64,000 nucleotides of DNA, from positions 672,001 to 736,000 of the forward strand of contig CAWKFG010000004.1 in NCBI GenBank assembly GCA_963848965.1, read 5' to 3'. Position 1 is the first letter of the stretch. The number at the start of each line of letters is the position of its first letter. Below the pieces are notes generated by a model. The model saw only the letters and a list, made by a program, of their open reading frames with translations. It was not told the origin of the DNA and searched no databases. The translations under genes were made by a program, and so were the position numbers. This document shows, in pieces, positions 31,990-42,433 of the stretch. The stretch comes from an uncultured bacterium. Its GTDB lineage: Bacteria; Babelota; Babeliae; Babelales; Babelaceae.

Positions 31990-32946
31990 TTATTTTACAG
32001 CCGCACTTATATCAGCAAGTGCTATCTGCGCTGTAGATCTTTCTAGCTCAGTGCCTCGTAAGGTTAACTCAACAGTAAAACCAAGTTCTTCATTTTTCTT
32101 TTCTATAGTACGGTTATCTCTGTTAATTACCCCTTTAGGAGCAGGTTCTAGTTTGTGCTCTACTACTGAAGAAACCTTAAGTCTCTGTGGATTCCATAGA
32201 TCTCTTTGTGCAGTAACAGCTAACAAGAGAGCAGGTCTACGATACTTTATTGCAGTTTCAACATTATGATAATCTCTTACATTATATATCTCTACCGTTG
32301 ACCGTAAAGATGTCTTATTATGGCTTCTGAACGTAAAAGGTAATGAAAATGATCCCTGAGGTTCTACTACTGTTCTCTTTTTTGTAAGAGGATCAAAAAC
32401 AACATATTCATCATTTGTTTTATTTTCTATCACTAACAATGTGCTCGCAAGAGCAGGTTTAACAGTAGAAGGTACAGATTCTTTTTGTACCTGTTGTTCT
32501 TGAGCTTTAGAGAGTATCTCAGCTATAGCATGATAGCTATTTGTTTTTGCTATAGTAAGTGGAGTAAGGCCTGCATTTGACTTAATAGCTGGATTTGCTC
32601 CTCGTTCTAATAAGAAACTTACCATAGGTGTATCAAATGCCATTACAGCAAAATGAAGAGGCGCTAATCCCTGAGAAGTTTGCATATTAATATCTGCTCC
32701 TTTATCAAGCAAAAGTCTCGAACCTTCTTTACTTTTATGCAAAACAGCAGCAGTTAAAGGAGTGGCTCTTCCTTGATTAAATGTAAAATTTAGCTCATTA
32801 GTTTGAGAAACCAGCTGCTGTATAACGCTTTCGATTCTTATAGCTTTTCCCCACGCTCCTTCAAACCGATTTTCCCAATTCTGCTCCATAGCATAAGAAG
32901 AAATCATCCAAAGCGTTGCTATAAAATAAATACCCTTTTTTATCAT
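31990..32946 (-). CDS. Exported protein with ~3 ankyrin repeats and a C-terminal beta-rich domain
   Basis: Signal peptide SYA-ME; TPLTAAV, GLAPLHFAV and GLTPLTIA repeats. Confidence 0.88.
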   Translation of the reverse strand: MIKKGIYFIATLWMISSYAMEQNWENRFEGAWGKAIRIESVIQQLVSQTNELNFTFNQGRATPLTAAVLHKSKEGSRLLLDKGADINMQTSQGLAPLHFAVMAFDTPMVSFLLERGANPAIKSNAGLTPLTIAKTNSYHAIAEILSKAQEQQVQKESVPSTVKPALASTLLVIENKTNDEYVVFDPLTKKRTVVEPQGSFSLPFTFRSHNKTSLRSTVEIYNVRDYHNVETAIKYRRPALLLAVTAQRDLWNPQRLKVSSVVEHKLEPAPKGVINRDNRTIEKKNEELGFTVELTLRGTELERSTAQIALADISAAVK

Positions 32947-33145
32947 GTTACATATCCTTAATTTAATTTGTTTTTAATAAAGTATAACATATAGATTATT
33001 TTAATACAATATTGCTATTAGAATAAATAAATACAGGTGCTACAATTTTTTCTTTCTAAAAGATACGAGCAAATACTTTTATGTTACGAAAATCAATGGT
33101 ATAACTTACCAGGGAAGTGCTCTTTTATAAGCAACGAGGAAATTT

Positions 33146-33544
33146 ATGAACATTGGTGTAATAGTATCTTTAAGTATTTGTCTTACAAGCGTTTTTACCT
33201 GTATAAGCATGGAGCAACATCAAGCATTTGACCCTGAGCAAGAGTATAGACGCTTACTAGGAATAGCAAAGAATGCAACAACAGACGAAGAGTATGACAA
33301 AGCAATAGAGCACATTAACAAACTTAAAGGATCCTACACCGAAATTCTTTCTAATATGCCAAATGTAAAACACCTTCGTCCTAGCGAAGCGCGTAAGATT
33401 TACGAAGAAAAACTCAGAAAGTTTAAAGCCGCAAAAGGACCTCAAGAAGAAACAGAAGCTCGTAAAACACTTAATGATCTTATTAAAAGACATCCTGAAG
33501 TAAAAAAATTCAGAGAAGAGGTCTTAAAATCTATGAAAAAATAA
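33146..33544 (+). CDS. Small exported helical hypothetical protein
   Basis: RBS GAGG; signal peptide ending CIS-MEQ; charged amphipathic helices. Confidence 0.8.
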   Translation: MNIGVIVSLSICLTSVFTCISMEQHQAFDPEQEYRRLLGIAKNATTDEEYDKAIEHINKLKGSYTEILSNMPNVKHLRPSEARKIYEEKLRKFKAAKGPQEETEARKTLNDLIKRHPEVKKFREEVLKSMKK

Positions 33545-33555
33545 GAAGGCGAACT

Positions 33556-33762
33556 GTGATTAAAATACTACTAACGATTCTCTATACCCTTCAGGTATTA
33601 AATTCCTATGCTATGCAGCACTCCCGTACTAGTAATGCAGATGAATTAACACATTTAGCTACGAAAATACCACATATGCCAAAATTAAAAAGCGGCCAAG
33701 GCTTGACAAATAGCAAAATAAACGGTACATTATTTAAAAAATTGCATATCGTAATTTATTAA
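33556..33762 (+). CDS. Short exported hypothetical protein, possibly truncated
   Basis: GTG start after GAAGG; signal peptide ending SYA-MQ like its neighbours; only 68 aa. Confidence 0.45.
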   Translation: MIKILLTILYTLQVLNSYAMQHSRTSNADELTHLATKIPHMPKLKSGQGLTNSKINGTLFKKLHIVIY

Positions 33763-33955
33763 AGGAGTCCTTGCATGTGTTATACCATGCCTCATATATA
33801 CCAAAGTGCCCTAGCATCTTATTTCTTACAATCTTCTCTTCCTTTCTTAAAACGTTGCCATAAGCGTTTACCCAAACGCACATAGTCTTTCTTTGCTTAT
33901 TCTTCTGATACTTCTGCAACTAGCATTTTCGACTCTTTTTAATAATCTAGAGCAT
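33734..33955 (-). pseudogene. Decayed ORF remnant
   Basis: RBS AAGGAG + ATG at 33955 is in frame with the 33734..33919 ORF but interrupted by two TAG codons. Confidence 0.3.
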
Positions 33956-34065
33956 ATATTCTCCTTATGTGTAGCTTTTTTAGAAAGCGATTGTATCACA
34001 ACAAGGCATTCAGCACAGCTTATGAGAGTGCTCTCTAACAATACTACTTACTTACAAAGGACATA

Positions 34066-35661
34066 ATGGCTACACCTACATGGATTGTAATTCTTCCACC
34101 ACTTTTAGTACTGTTGAGTGTTTTAACAACACGACGTATGATACTTTCGTTCCTTATTGGCATTGTAAGCAGCGCGCTTATTGTAACAGGAGGGGCGCTA
34201 CAACCTGCTATCTCCCTTATTCTTAAGCGATTTGGAGAAAGCAGTGGCCTCGATAAAATTTATTCATGGCAAGCATTGTGGACCAATTGGAATCTAAGTA
34301 TCTTTATTTTTCTTATTTCATTAGGTGTACTCATTACACTATTGCAACGCTCTGGAAGTACACAGGCATTTCTACAACTTGCCCAAAAAAGAGTTAAAAG
34401 TAAGAAATCTGCAGAAGTCACGTCACTTCTGCTGTCACTCGCATTCTTTATTGATGATTACTTTGCTGCTCTTACTGTTGGATCAGTTATGCGCCCACTA
34501 GCAGCTGCCTATAGAGTATCATCTGTAAAATTAGCTTTTTTAGTAACAGCACTAGCTTCTCCAATAACCATTCTCTCTCCTTTATCAAGTTGGGTAGGAG
34601 AAATCATTGCACAGCTGCGACAGGTAGGGGTGGCAAAAACGGCTGATGCTGTTATTGCAGTTGATCCTTTTTATGCTTTCATACAATCTATACCCTTTAT
34701 TTTCTATGCTCTTTTTATGATATTCAGTGCATGGTACATAGTTTTAAGAAAAATATCCTATGGACCTATGGCAATCTATGAAAAGCAAGAAAATCACAAT
34801 GAACATTCAGTATCTAAAGAAGAGACTCAATCAATATCTATCTTTTATTTTGCCTTTCCTCTGCTTCTTCTTATAGGCTTTATATTTACTACTTTACTAG
34901 CAACAGGAGGATATAGTCTCTTTGGAGGAACCTCTACGTTACTAGAGGCACTTAAAAATGGCTCTATTCAACAGGCATTTCTCGTAAGTGGGATAGGAAC
35001 TTTGCTTATAAGTATCCCGTTCTTTTGGCTCTATGGAAGAATAGCATTTCAGGAGATAGGACCTTCTTTGTGTCAAGGAGCATGGCTCATGATACCCTCA
35101 ATCATAATGCTTGTACATGCTTGGACGTTGGGTGTTATCCTCAAAACAGATCTTCAAACTGGAACGTATTTTGCTTCACTTTTTTGCTCAGTTATATGCA
35201 TAAATTTTCTTCCTCTTGCAAGCTTTGTTACCGCAGCTCTCATTGCTTCTATGATAGGCTCTGCATGGGCAACAATGGGACTTATGTTCCCTATTATTAT
35301 ACCTCTTCTTAAGGTACTTTTACATCTACCTGCAGGAGCAGCACTTGAAGCAGTACCGCTTGCCTTACCTGCTATAGGAGCAACGCTTTCTGGATGTGTT
35401 ATCGGTACTCACCTTTCTTTTATTGCAGATAATCCTATAATGGCAGCAACAAGCTCTGGAGCTCCTCATTTTGAGCTTATGAAAGCTATGACCTGGTATG
35501 TAGTGCCTGTAGGTATTGCAACAGCTGCTGCTTATTGGATACTTGGCATAACACTTCCTTTATGGGGACTTGGCCACTCATTTATTGCTGCACTAATACT
35601 TGGTCTTATAGTCTTAGTACTTTTGTTTGAGATAGCACAACGCTTGTTTGGAAAAAAATAA
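34066..35661 (+). CDS. Na+/H+ antiporter NhaC family protein
   Basis: Multi-TM; FFIDDY, VG.VMRP, PLSSW, GSAWATMG and IGATLSG...G.H.S motifs. Confidence 0.88.
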   Translation: MATPTWIVILPPLLVLLSVLTTRRMILSFLIGIVSSALIVTGGALQPAISLILKRFGESSGLDKIYSWQALWTNWNLSIFIFLISLGVLITLLQRSGSTQAFLQLAQKRVKSKKSAEVTSLLLSLAFFIDDYFAALTVGSVMRPLAAAYRVSSVKLAFLVTALASPITILSPLSSWVGEIIAQLRQVGVAKTADAVIAVDPFYAFIQSIPFIFYALFMIFSAWYIVLRKISYGPMAIYEKQENHNEHSVSKEETQSISIFYFAFPLLLLIGFIFTTLLATGGYSLFGGTSTLLEALKNGSIQQAFLVSGIGTLLISIPFFWLYGRIAFQEIGPSLCQGAWLMIPSIIMLVHAWTLGVILKTDLQTGTYFASLFCSVICINFLPLASFVTAALIASMIGSAWATMGLMFPIIIPLLKVLLHLPAGAALEAVPLALPAIGATLSGCVIGTHLSFIADNPIMAATSSGAPHFELMKAMTWYVVPVGIATAAAYWILGITLPLWGLGHSFIAALILGLIVLVLLFEIAQRLFGKK

Positions 35662-35748
35662 GGATCTATCAATAATAACCTTCTAGTGCATATTGCAATT
35701 ATGTTTGAATTCATCTATCCTAGAAGAAATAGTTATAAAGGAGTTGCC

Positions 35749-37311
35749 ATGAAACAGCTTCCTATAGGTGTTCAAACATTTGAGATAATGATTAATGACG
35801 GTTTTATCTATGTAGATAAGACTGAGCATATTCATAAGATTATAACAAAAGGCAGATACTATTTTCTAGCTCGTCCTCGTCGCTTTGGAAAATCTCTTTT
35901 AGTATCAACGCTTAAAGAGATATTTTTAGGAAACAAAGCACTTTTTAGAGACTTGTGGATTTACAAAAGTACTTATGATTGGGATGAACATCCTGTTATT
36001 CATCTAGATTTTTCACAGTTAGCTCATAAATCGCCAGATGCTCTTGAAGTAGATCTATCATGGTCTCTTGATTCATTAGGCGAAGATTATGATATTGATA
36101 TCTCTAGTGCTCCTTCAATACAAACCAAACTTAAAAAACTTGTTAAATCCCTTGCAAAAAAATATCGACCTTCACGCGTAGTTATACTTATTGATGAGTA
36201 TGACTATCCAATATTAAGTCATTTACATACATTAGAAATTGCTAAAAAACATCAAGAAATCCTAAGAAGTTTTTATGCAACAATTAAAAGCCTTGATGCC
36301 TACTTAGACTTCGTTTTTCTCACAGGTGTTAGTAAATTTTCAAGAACCTCTATTTTTTCTGGGCTTAATAATCTTAAAGATATAACAAATACCCTGCAAG
36401 GAGCTTCGTTATTGGGATATACGCAACAGGAGCTTGAATACTACTTTAAAGAGCATATAGATTTCTTAGCTAAAAAACAAAGAGTCACTATCATAAACAT
36501 TCTTGACCAGATGAGAACGTGGTATAACGGCTATAGATTTTCCAGAGAGCCTATCAATGTTTATAATCCTTATTCCGTACTTCTTTACTTAGATAACGGC
36601 GTAATAGAAAATTACTGGTTTGAAACTGGAACTCCATCATTTCTTATTAATATTCTTAGACAAAAATACGAATCATTAAGAAACATCGAACAAGGAAAAA
36701 TAAGCGTTTCAAGTTTGGGAACATTCAATATAGAAAACATGCCCCTTATAACTCTTCTTTTTCAAACCGGATATCTTACAATTAAAGACTACAATCCTAA
36801 GACACGTAAATACTCTTTAAACATACCAAATAAAGAAGTAGAGATATCTCTTGAAAAAAGCCTTCTCTCTGCGTTTACGTATAAAGATGAACCAGACGTA
36901 GAAAGTCACATCGACCGCATGAAAAAAGCTCTTGAAAGTAATGATATCAAACAATTTTGTAGTAATCTTCAAACTTTGCTTGCTCATATTCCATACAACC
37001 TTCATATTAAGCAAGAAAAATACTATCACTCTTTGTTCCAACTTATAGGCAATATGCTTGGAATAGATAGTAACTCTGAAGTTGCTACAGACAAAGGTAG
37101 GATTGATCTTACACTCATAACCAAAAAATACGTTTATTTATTTGAATTTAAATTTAATCAGTCAGCAGATAAAGCTCTTAAACAAATTGAGCACAAAAAA
37201 TATTATGAAAGATATTTAGAGCTAGAAAAAAAGATAATGCTTGTTGGTGTCTCCTTTCATCGAACTGAAAATGATCTAGCCATTGAGTGTCTGGCCAAAC
37301 CGTTGAGCTGA
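35749..37311 (+). CDS. AAA-ATPase-like protein with C-terminal PD-(D/E)XK nuclease (PDDEXK_9 type)
   Basis: Start MKQLPIGVQTF (RBS AAGGAG); YVDKT, RPRRFGKSL, ILIDEYD.P, WYNGY, YNP, YWFETGTP, GRIDL...FEFK...ALKQI..KKY. Confidence 0.93.
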   Translation: MKQLPIGVQTFEIMINDGFIYVDKTEHIHKIITKGRYYFLARPRRFGKSLLVSTLKEIFLGNKALFRDLWIYKSTYDWDEHPVIHLDFSQLAHKSPDALEVDLSWSLDSLGEDYDIDISSAPSIQTKLKKLVKSLAKKYRPSRVVILIDEYDYPILSHLHTLEIAKKHQEILRSFYATIKSLDAYLDFVFLTGVSKFSRTSIFSGLNNLKDITNTLQGASLLGYTQQELEYYFKEHIDFLAKKQRVTIINILDQMRTWYNGYRFSREPINVYNPYSVLLYLDNGVIENYWFETGTPSFLINILRQKYESLRNIEQGKISVSSLGTFNIENMPLITLLFQTGYLTIKDYNPKTRKYSLNIPNKEVEISLEKSLLSAFTYKDEPDVESHIDRMKKALESNDIKQFCSNLQTLLAHIPYNLHIKQEKYYHSLFQLIGNMLGIDSNSEVATDKGRIDLTLITKKYVYLFEFKFNQSADKALKQIEHKKYYERYLELEKKIMLVGVSFHRTENDLAIECLAKPLS

Positions 37312-37454
37312 ATAGCTGCAGTCTTATCCCGTAAATTTGCTTTTTCATAGCTTAAATCTTGACATTAAGCACGTATTTAAAAGATTCTTATAGAAGAATT
37401 ATACATTCAAACTCCACAAGCAAAATAGACATACATAATGCAAAGGAGATTTTC

Positions 37455-38597
37455 ATGAAAAAGCTGTTTTTCATACTTGTAAGCACTACCTCTTTTTTAT
37501 ATTCAGCTCCTACTATTGACCCTAAAGCAACAAAAGAAGAAATTGCTGAATATGAGCACAAATTAGCAAGTGGAGGAATACTAGAAGTGCTCGCTACTTC
37601 TGGTAAAATTTCTATTTCTGGGTGGGATAAAGAAACGATTTATGTAAGAGCTATTAAGCGAGCTCCAGAAAAACTTATCTCTTCGCTTATAATAGAAGCT
37701 CAGCTTACCGATACAAATGCGCTTATTAGAACAATTAGTGATCCTTCTCCTACGTATACCTATTCATATTCTTTTCTGTTTTTTAATTATTCTTATACCT
37801 ATACCTGTCCTGATGGCTGTATGTCGGTAGATTACAAAATTAAAGTACCGCGTAATACTGCAATTAAAATTTCTTCAACCAAAAATAGTCCTTTGCGAGT
37901 TAAAAATATAGATAATGGAGTATGGATAAAAAGCAACAAAGGAGACATTAAAACTGATGAAATTGCAGGACCATTAGAAGTACAAACGGAGAATAGTGAT
38001 ATACATATTACTGATAGTAGCGATAAAGTGTTGCTCAACGTTGCTAACGGAGACATAAGTATTAATAATAGCTTTTCTGTTTCTATTGAAGGAAAAAACG
38101 GAGATATAGATGTTAATAACGTTCAAGGAGCACTTACAGTAAAAACAAAGCAAGGTCATGTTAAAGCTACCAATATAACACAAACTGCTGCTATTGATGT
38201 CAGTCAAGGAGATACATATCTTACTAATGTGCATGGACCTATTGCTATTCACTCAAAGCGCGGCTACGTAAAAGTACAGAAAGCAAAAAGCTCTTGTACT
38301 ATTACTACTGTACATGGTGATATTACTGTTAGCCAAAAAAGCTGTAAGCCTGAAGAAAGTATTTCTCTACAAAGTACATATGGCGATATTCGACTCTACG
38401 TTCTTAAACATCTTGATGCACACCTTAAAGCAAATACTGAAAGTGGAACAATCTTTTTAGATCGTGCATTAACAGAAGTATATCATGTAGCACAGAATGT
38501 AAAAAGTCTTGATATTTCTTTGGGCAAAAAAGATATTAAGGGCTCTCAAGTAACAGTAAAATCTGTTGATGGTAATATTAAAATCGCAAGTTATTAA
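37455..38597 (+). CDS. DUF4097 beta-strand repeat protein, paralog of 3011..4159
   Basis: Start MKKLFF after AAGGAG; shares KEEI.EY.H.L, ISISGW.K.TIYV.AIK.AP and VDY..KVP with the first copy. Confidence 0.85.
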   Translation: MKKLFFILVSTTSFLYSAPTIDPKATKEEIAEYEHKLASGGILEVLATSGKISISGWDKETIYVRAIKRAPEKLISSLIIEAQLTDTNALIRTISDPSPTYTYSYSFLFFNYSYTYTCPDGCMSVDYKIKVPRNTAIKISSTKNSPLRVKNIDNGVWIKSNKGDIKTDEIAGPLEVQTENSDIHITDSSDKVLLNVANGDISINNSFSVSIEGKNGDIDVNNVQGALTVKTKQGHVKATNITQTAAIDVSQGDTYLTNVHGPIAIHSKRGYVKVQKAKSSCTITTVHGDITVSQKSCKPEESISLQSTYGDIRLYVLKHLDAHLKANTESGTIFLDRALTEVYHVAQNVKSLDISLGKKDIKGSQVTVKSVDGNIKIASY

Positions 38598-38621
38598 AAG
38601 GCTCTCATAGCGAGAGCCTTT
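38597..38621. terminator. Probable bidirectional intrinsic terminator
   Basis: AAAGGCTCTC-atagc-GAGAGCCTTT between convergent genes. Confidence 0.75.
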
Positions 38622-38640
38622 GATGATACTATTTTGGTCT

Positions 38641-40104
38641 TTAAGAATGTGCAATTAATGCTCGTAGAGGAGCCAAACTCATTCGTAATTTTTCAGTATA
38701 TTCATGAGCACTTTCTTTATCTGAAGTACTTAACACAGATTCAAGACTTTGCAATGATTGGGCTGCCTGTTTCTTTACCTCGCTCAGTTGCGACTGAAGC
38801 TCTGTATGCTTTCTCGTTATCTCTTCATGTTGTGTTTGGAGCTTTAGGCATCGTTGTTCCCAGAATACCGTATTTTTATGCAGCGTTTCTTTAAACTTCT
38901 CTCCCTCTTTGAGTTTTGCCCATTCAAATTCTAGTTTCCGCTCTTTAACTTCAAGTTCCTTTTTCTGTTTTTCAATCTCTGCTTTTTGGTTAGCAATAGT
39001 CTGTGCTTTATTAAGCTCTTTTTGCAGCTTTATTTCACCTCCTCTTTTTTCCTCTTCAATGTGACTGTGCTTTTCTGATACTTCTAGTGAAAGGCGCTCC
39101 TGTCTTTCATGAAGTTCAAGCCGCTCTTGGTCGCGCTGATGATCAAAATGAGGTTTACGTTGCTTTTCTTGTGCATAAGTATCTGTTGTTACAATATATT
39201 CAAGCACTTCCTGAAGTGTTTTATCAAGTTGATAAGCATGCTCAATTGCTTGTTGTTGAAACGGCAGCGGTTTAAAATCAGTTAATCCTGTAAGCGCTTG
39301 CTTGACTGCAGCTCTATCTTTTTTAAGTCGTTCTACATATGTTACATAAGGAAACTGATACTCTATATCGCTATAGAATGTCCGTATGTGCTTATCAAGT
39401 TTTTGGTTATACTCGTCAGATGATATGCTTCTTTCAAAGGCATAGGTCTCTAAAAATTCTTTTCCTAAAAGAAGCTCTAGCTTTATAAAACTTGTTTGAC
39501 GTTCAAGCGTAAGGTAAAATGTAGTAAAAAACGCACTCAGTGCATCTAAGTGGGCACCCAACTTTTGCCCTTGTATCACATAGGGTTCCCGTTTCTCTTT
39601 TGCTTCCCACTCAAGTAGTTTAACTTCAAGTTGATGCTTATAGGCAGAAATTTTCTCTTGCTCTTTCACAATTACTTTTTCAATTGAGTCAAGCGAATTA
39701 CGCGACCTGGTGATACGACCTTTAACAGTACTTAAAAAGTTTTCTAGTACAGCATTTTCATGAGATCGGCTGACCAATAGCTGCAACTCGCATGCATACT
39801 CTTGCTCAAGCATTTGAATATATACTCCTATAGAAGATAAAAATTCTTGATCTTTTTGTAGTTGATGGCTCTCATTTTGTAACTTATCAATGCACTCGTA
39901 CAACTGTGCTGTAGAAGCTTTATGCTCTGTGTAAACTCTACCAAAATAATCTTCAAGCTTTTTTTTCTTATAATATTCCATACAACCCCACACTGCTGTA
40001 GCAAGTGTTGTAGCACCAAAAAAATAGGCACCCTTCGAAACCGCATGTAGTAATGGTGAAGGAATACAAAGCGTAATAACAAGAAAAAGCCACGATATCT
40101 TCAT
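38641..40104 (-). CDS. Signal peptide + TM + long coiled-coil protein (paralog C)
   Basis: ATG 9 nt after AAGGA; TM ending WGCMEY; YQFPYVTY motif; long E/K/Q heptad region. Confidence 0.85.
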   Translation of the reverse strand: MKISWLFLVITLCIPSPLLHAVSKGAYFFGATTLATAVWGCMEYYKKKKLEDYFGRVYTEHKASTAQLYECIDKLQNESHQLQKDQEFLSSIGVYIQMLEQEYACELQLLVSRSHENAVLENFLSTVKGRITRSRNSLDSIEKVIVKEQEKISAYKHQLEVKLLEWEAKEKREPYVIQGQKLGAHLDALSAFFTTFYLTLERQTSFIKLELLLGKEFLETYAFERSISSDEYNQKLDKHIRTFYSDIEYQFPYVTYVERLKKDRAAVKQALTGLTDFKPLPFQQQAIEHAYQLDKTLQEVLEYIVTTDTYAQEKQRKPHFDHQRDQERLELHERQERLSLEVSEKHSHIEEEKRGGEIKLQKELNKAQTIANQKAEIEKQKKELEVKERKLEFEWAKLKEGEKFKETLHKNTVFWEQRCLKLQTQHEEITRKHTELQSQLSEVKKQAAQSLQSLESVLSTSDKESAHEYTEKLRMSLAPLRALIAHS

Positions 40105-40260
40105 ACTCACAATTCCTTTCTTTAAAAGTATTAATTTGCAGAATATGCATGCTTTCAGTATACTGAAATAGTATATAGATGTTATTTTACCTTATGTCTA
40201 TAAGTTATACAAAAAAATTGCTATACCTAAAGCTCGTATGTTTATCAAAGAGGAGAATTC

Positions 40261-41031
40261 ATGAAAAGATTACTTATTCCCTTGGTGCTCATTGGGGCAA
40301 GCTTTTTAGCTGTCACATGGTACCGCTCAACAAGAGACTATAAACCCTTAGAAAATATTCTTATTGTAGGAACCAGTGCTGACTTCGTGCCCTTCTCATT
40401 TAGAGATCAACAGATGAATATTGTAGGATTTGATATTGATATTGCAAAAGAAGTGGCAAAGCGCCTTAATATGCAGATCGACATTCAAGACAAGCCTTTT
40501 GGTATGCTGTTACCACAGATGGAAATGGGCCAAATCCATATGATCGCTGCAGGTATGACACCAACAGAAGAGCGAGCAAAACGCGTTCATTTTACTAAAC
40601 CGTATTTGACAGGTAATCCTCTTTTAGTAGTAACACTTGCAAAAAATCCGCCAGTAAACAACTTAGAAGATCTTAAAGGTAAAGATGTTATTGTTAATAC
40701 AGGTTATACAGCAGATACCTATATGTCCAAGATACCTGACATTAACCTTATACGTCTTGGCAAAGTAGCAGATGCTATCGCAGCTCTTGAGCACGGTAAA
40801 GGATATGCTTTTGTAACTGCAGCTTATACACTACAGCCATATCTTAAAGAGACAGGCAAAGACAAAACAGAATTTAATGTCTTTAGAATTCAAGAGACAG
40901 ATGAAAAAAATGCATTAGCTATTTCTAAAAAGCTTCCTGATGAATTTGTACAAAAGGTACAAAAAGCGCTTGATGATATGGAAGCAGATGGAACACTTAC
41001 TGCATTAAAACAGAAGTGGGAAGTTGTATGA
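40261..41031 (+). CDS. Polar amino acid ABC transporter substrate-binding protein
   Basis: VGTSADFVPF, GFDIDIA, GMTPTEERAK.V.FTKPY (SBP_bac_3 motifs). Confidence 0.95.
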   Translation: MKRLLIPLVLIGASFLAVTWYRSTRDYKPLENILIVGTSADFVPFSFRDQQMNIVGFDIDIAKEVAKRLNMQIDIQDKPFGMLLPQMEMGQIHMIAAGMTPTEERAKRVHFTKPYLTGNPLLVVTLAKNPPVNNLEDLKGKDVIVNTGYTADTYMSKIPDINLIRLGKVADAIAALEHGKGYAFVTAAYTLQPYLKETGKDKTEFNVFRIQETDEKNALAISKKLPDEFVQKVQKALDDMEADGTLTALKQKWEVV

Positions 41032-41687
41032 TCAACTTTGAACTTATTATTTCTATCTTGCCTCAGCTTGCACAAGGAGCACTCGTAACGCTTGCTATAG
41101 CGTTCTGTGCTTCTCTTATAGGCTTTTTTGGAGGCACCATTTTAGGTGTTATACAAACGAGTGGCTATCGCGGACTATCGCTTGCTGTTGCAATATATGC
41201 TACCATCTTGCGTGGTACTCCTATGCTTTTACAGATAGTGTTTCTTTCTTTAATGCTTCCTACTATAGGTATCTACTTATCTGCATTTACTACTGCGGTT
41301 GTTGCAATTGGTCTCAATAGCAGTGCCTATATTAGTCAGATTATACGGAGTGGTATCCAATCAGTATCTAAAGGGCAAATAGAAGCTGCTCGCACACTTG
41401 GAGTAAGTTCAGGGGATATTACAAGATACATTGTATTACCACAAGCGTTGCGAGTAGTTATTCCTGCGCTCGGAAATGAATTTATCACGCTTATTAAAGA
41501 TTCCAGCTTAGCATCTATTATTGGTGTTATGGAGCTTTATATGCGTGGCAACATTATTATAAGTCAAACGTATAACTCACTTTCTGTCTACATTGCTACT
41601 GGTCTCTTTTATCTTGTTATGACCGTTATACTTTCACTTATTGTTCACAGAATCGAAAAGAAGCTTAATTACCATGCTAGAAATTAA
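41028..41687 (+). CDS. Polar amino acid ABC transporter permease
   Basis: ATGA overlap with the SBP stop; RGTPMLLQ, NSSAY, GQIEAA..LG, NEFITLIKDSSL. Confidence 0.95.
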   Translation: MINFELIISILPQLAQGALVTLAIAFCASLIGFFGGTILGVIQTSGYRGLSLAVAIYATILRGTPMLLQIVFLSLMLPTIGIYLSAFTTAVVAIGLNSSAYISQIIRSGIQSVSKGQIEAARTLGVSSGDITRYIVLPQALRVVIPALGNEFITLIKDSSLASIIGVMELYMRGNIIISQTYNSLSVYIATGLFYLVMTVILSLIVHRIEKKLNYHARN

Positions 41688-42387
41688 ACATCTCACGAAG
41701 ATATATCACAGTAAAACAGTACTCAACGATATCTCTCTTTCTGTAGAGCCAGGGGAGATTGCGTTACTCCTAGGATCATCTGGCGTAGGAAAATCTACAC
41801 TTTTGCGTATCCTCAATGGGCTAGAGACCTATGATAAGGGTACTATAGTGCTTAATAATAAATCATTAGATATTAAGCACACACGTGCTGTAGGAATGGT
41901 TTTTCAGCAATTCAATCTCTTTGAACATATGACAGTTATACGCAATATTACATTTGCACTCGAAAAAGCACTTAAAAAGACCCCTAAAGAAGCACGTGCT
42001 ATCGCTCATGCACTTCTAAAAAAGTACGGTCTTGAAGATAAAGCAGATTTGCCTGTAACACAACTTTCGGGAGGGCAAAAGCAACGGCTTGCTATAGCCC
42101 GTTCACTTGCTCTACGACCACGAATTATTTGTATGGATGAACCTACTTCTGCTTTAGATCCTTTACTTACTAACTATGTTGCTCAAAGTATTCAAGAGCT
42201 TGCCCAAGAAGATTATATAGTACTCGTAGCATCTCATGATACTGCGCTTATTGAAAAACTCGATTGTACTATTTACCTTATGGATAAAGGAGAGCTTGTA
42301 CAAACAGCACGCTCAAAAGAATTCCGTAAACATCCAGAAAACTATCCAAAGATCAAGAACTTTGTAGAGGGCGCTCAGTCTACTTGA
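41674..42387 (+). CDS. Polar amino acid ABC transporter ATP-binding protein (GlnQ-like)
   Basis: GSSGVGKST, VGMVFQQFNLF, LSGGQKQR, DEPTSALDP. Confidence 0.95.
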   Translation: MLEIKHLTKIYHSKTVLNDISLSVEPGEIALLLGSSGVGKSTLLRILNGLETYDKGTIVLNNKSLDIKHTRAVGMVFQQFNLFEHMTVIRNITFALEKALKKTPKEARAIAHALLKKYGLEDKADLPVTQLSGGQKQRLAIARSLALRPRIICMDEPTSALDPLLTNYVAQSIQELAQEDYIVLVASHDTALIEKLDCTIYLMDKGELVQTARSKEFRKHPENYPKIKNFVEGAQST

Positions 42388-42433
42388 GAAAAACTCAATA
42401 GCTTTAGTAAAATAAAGCAAAAGCCTCTTTATG

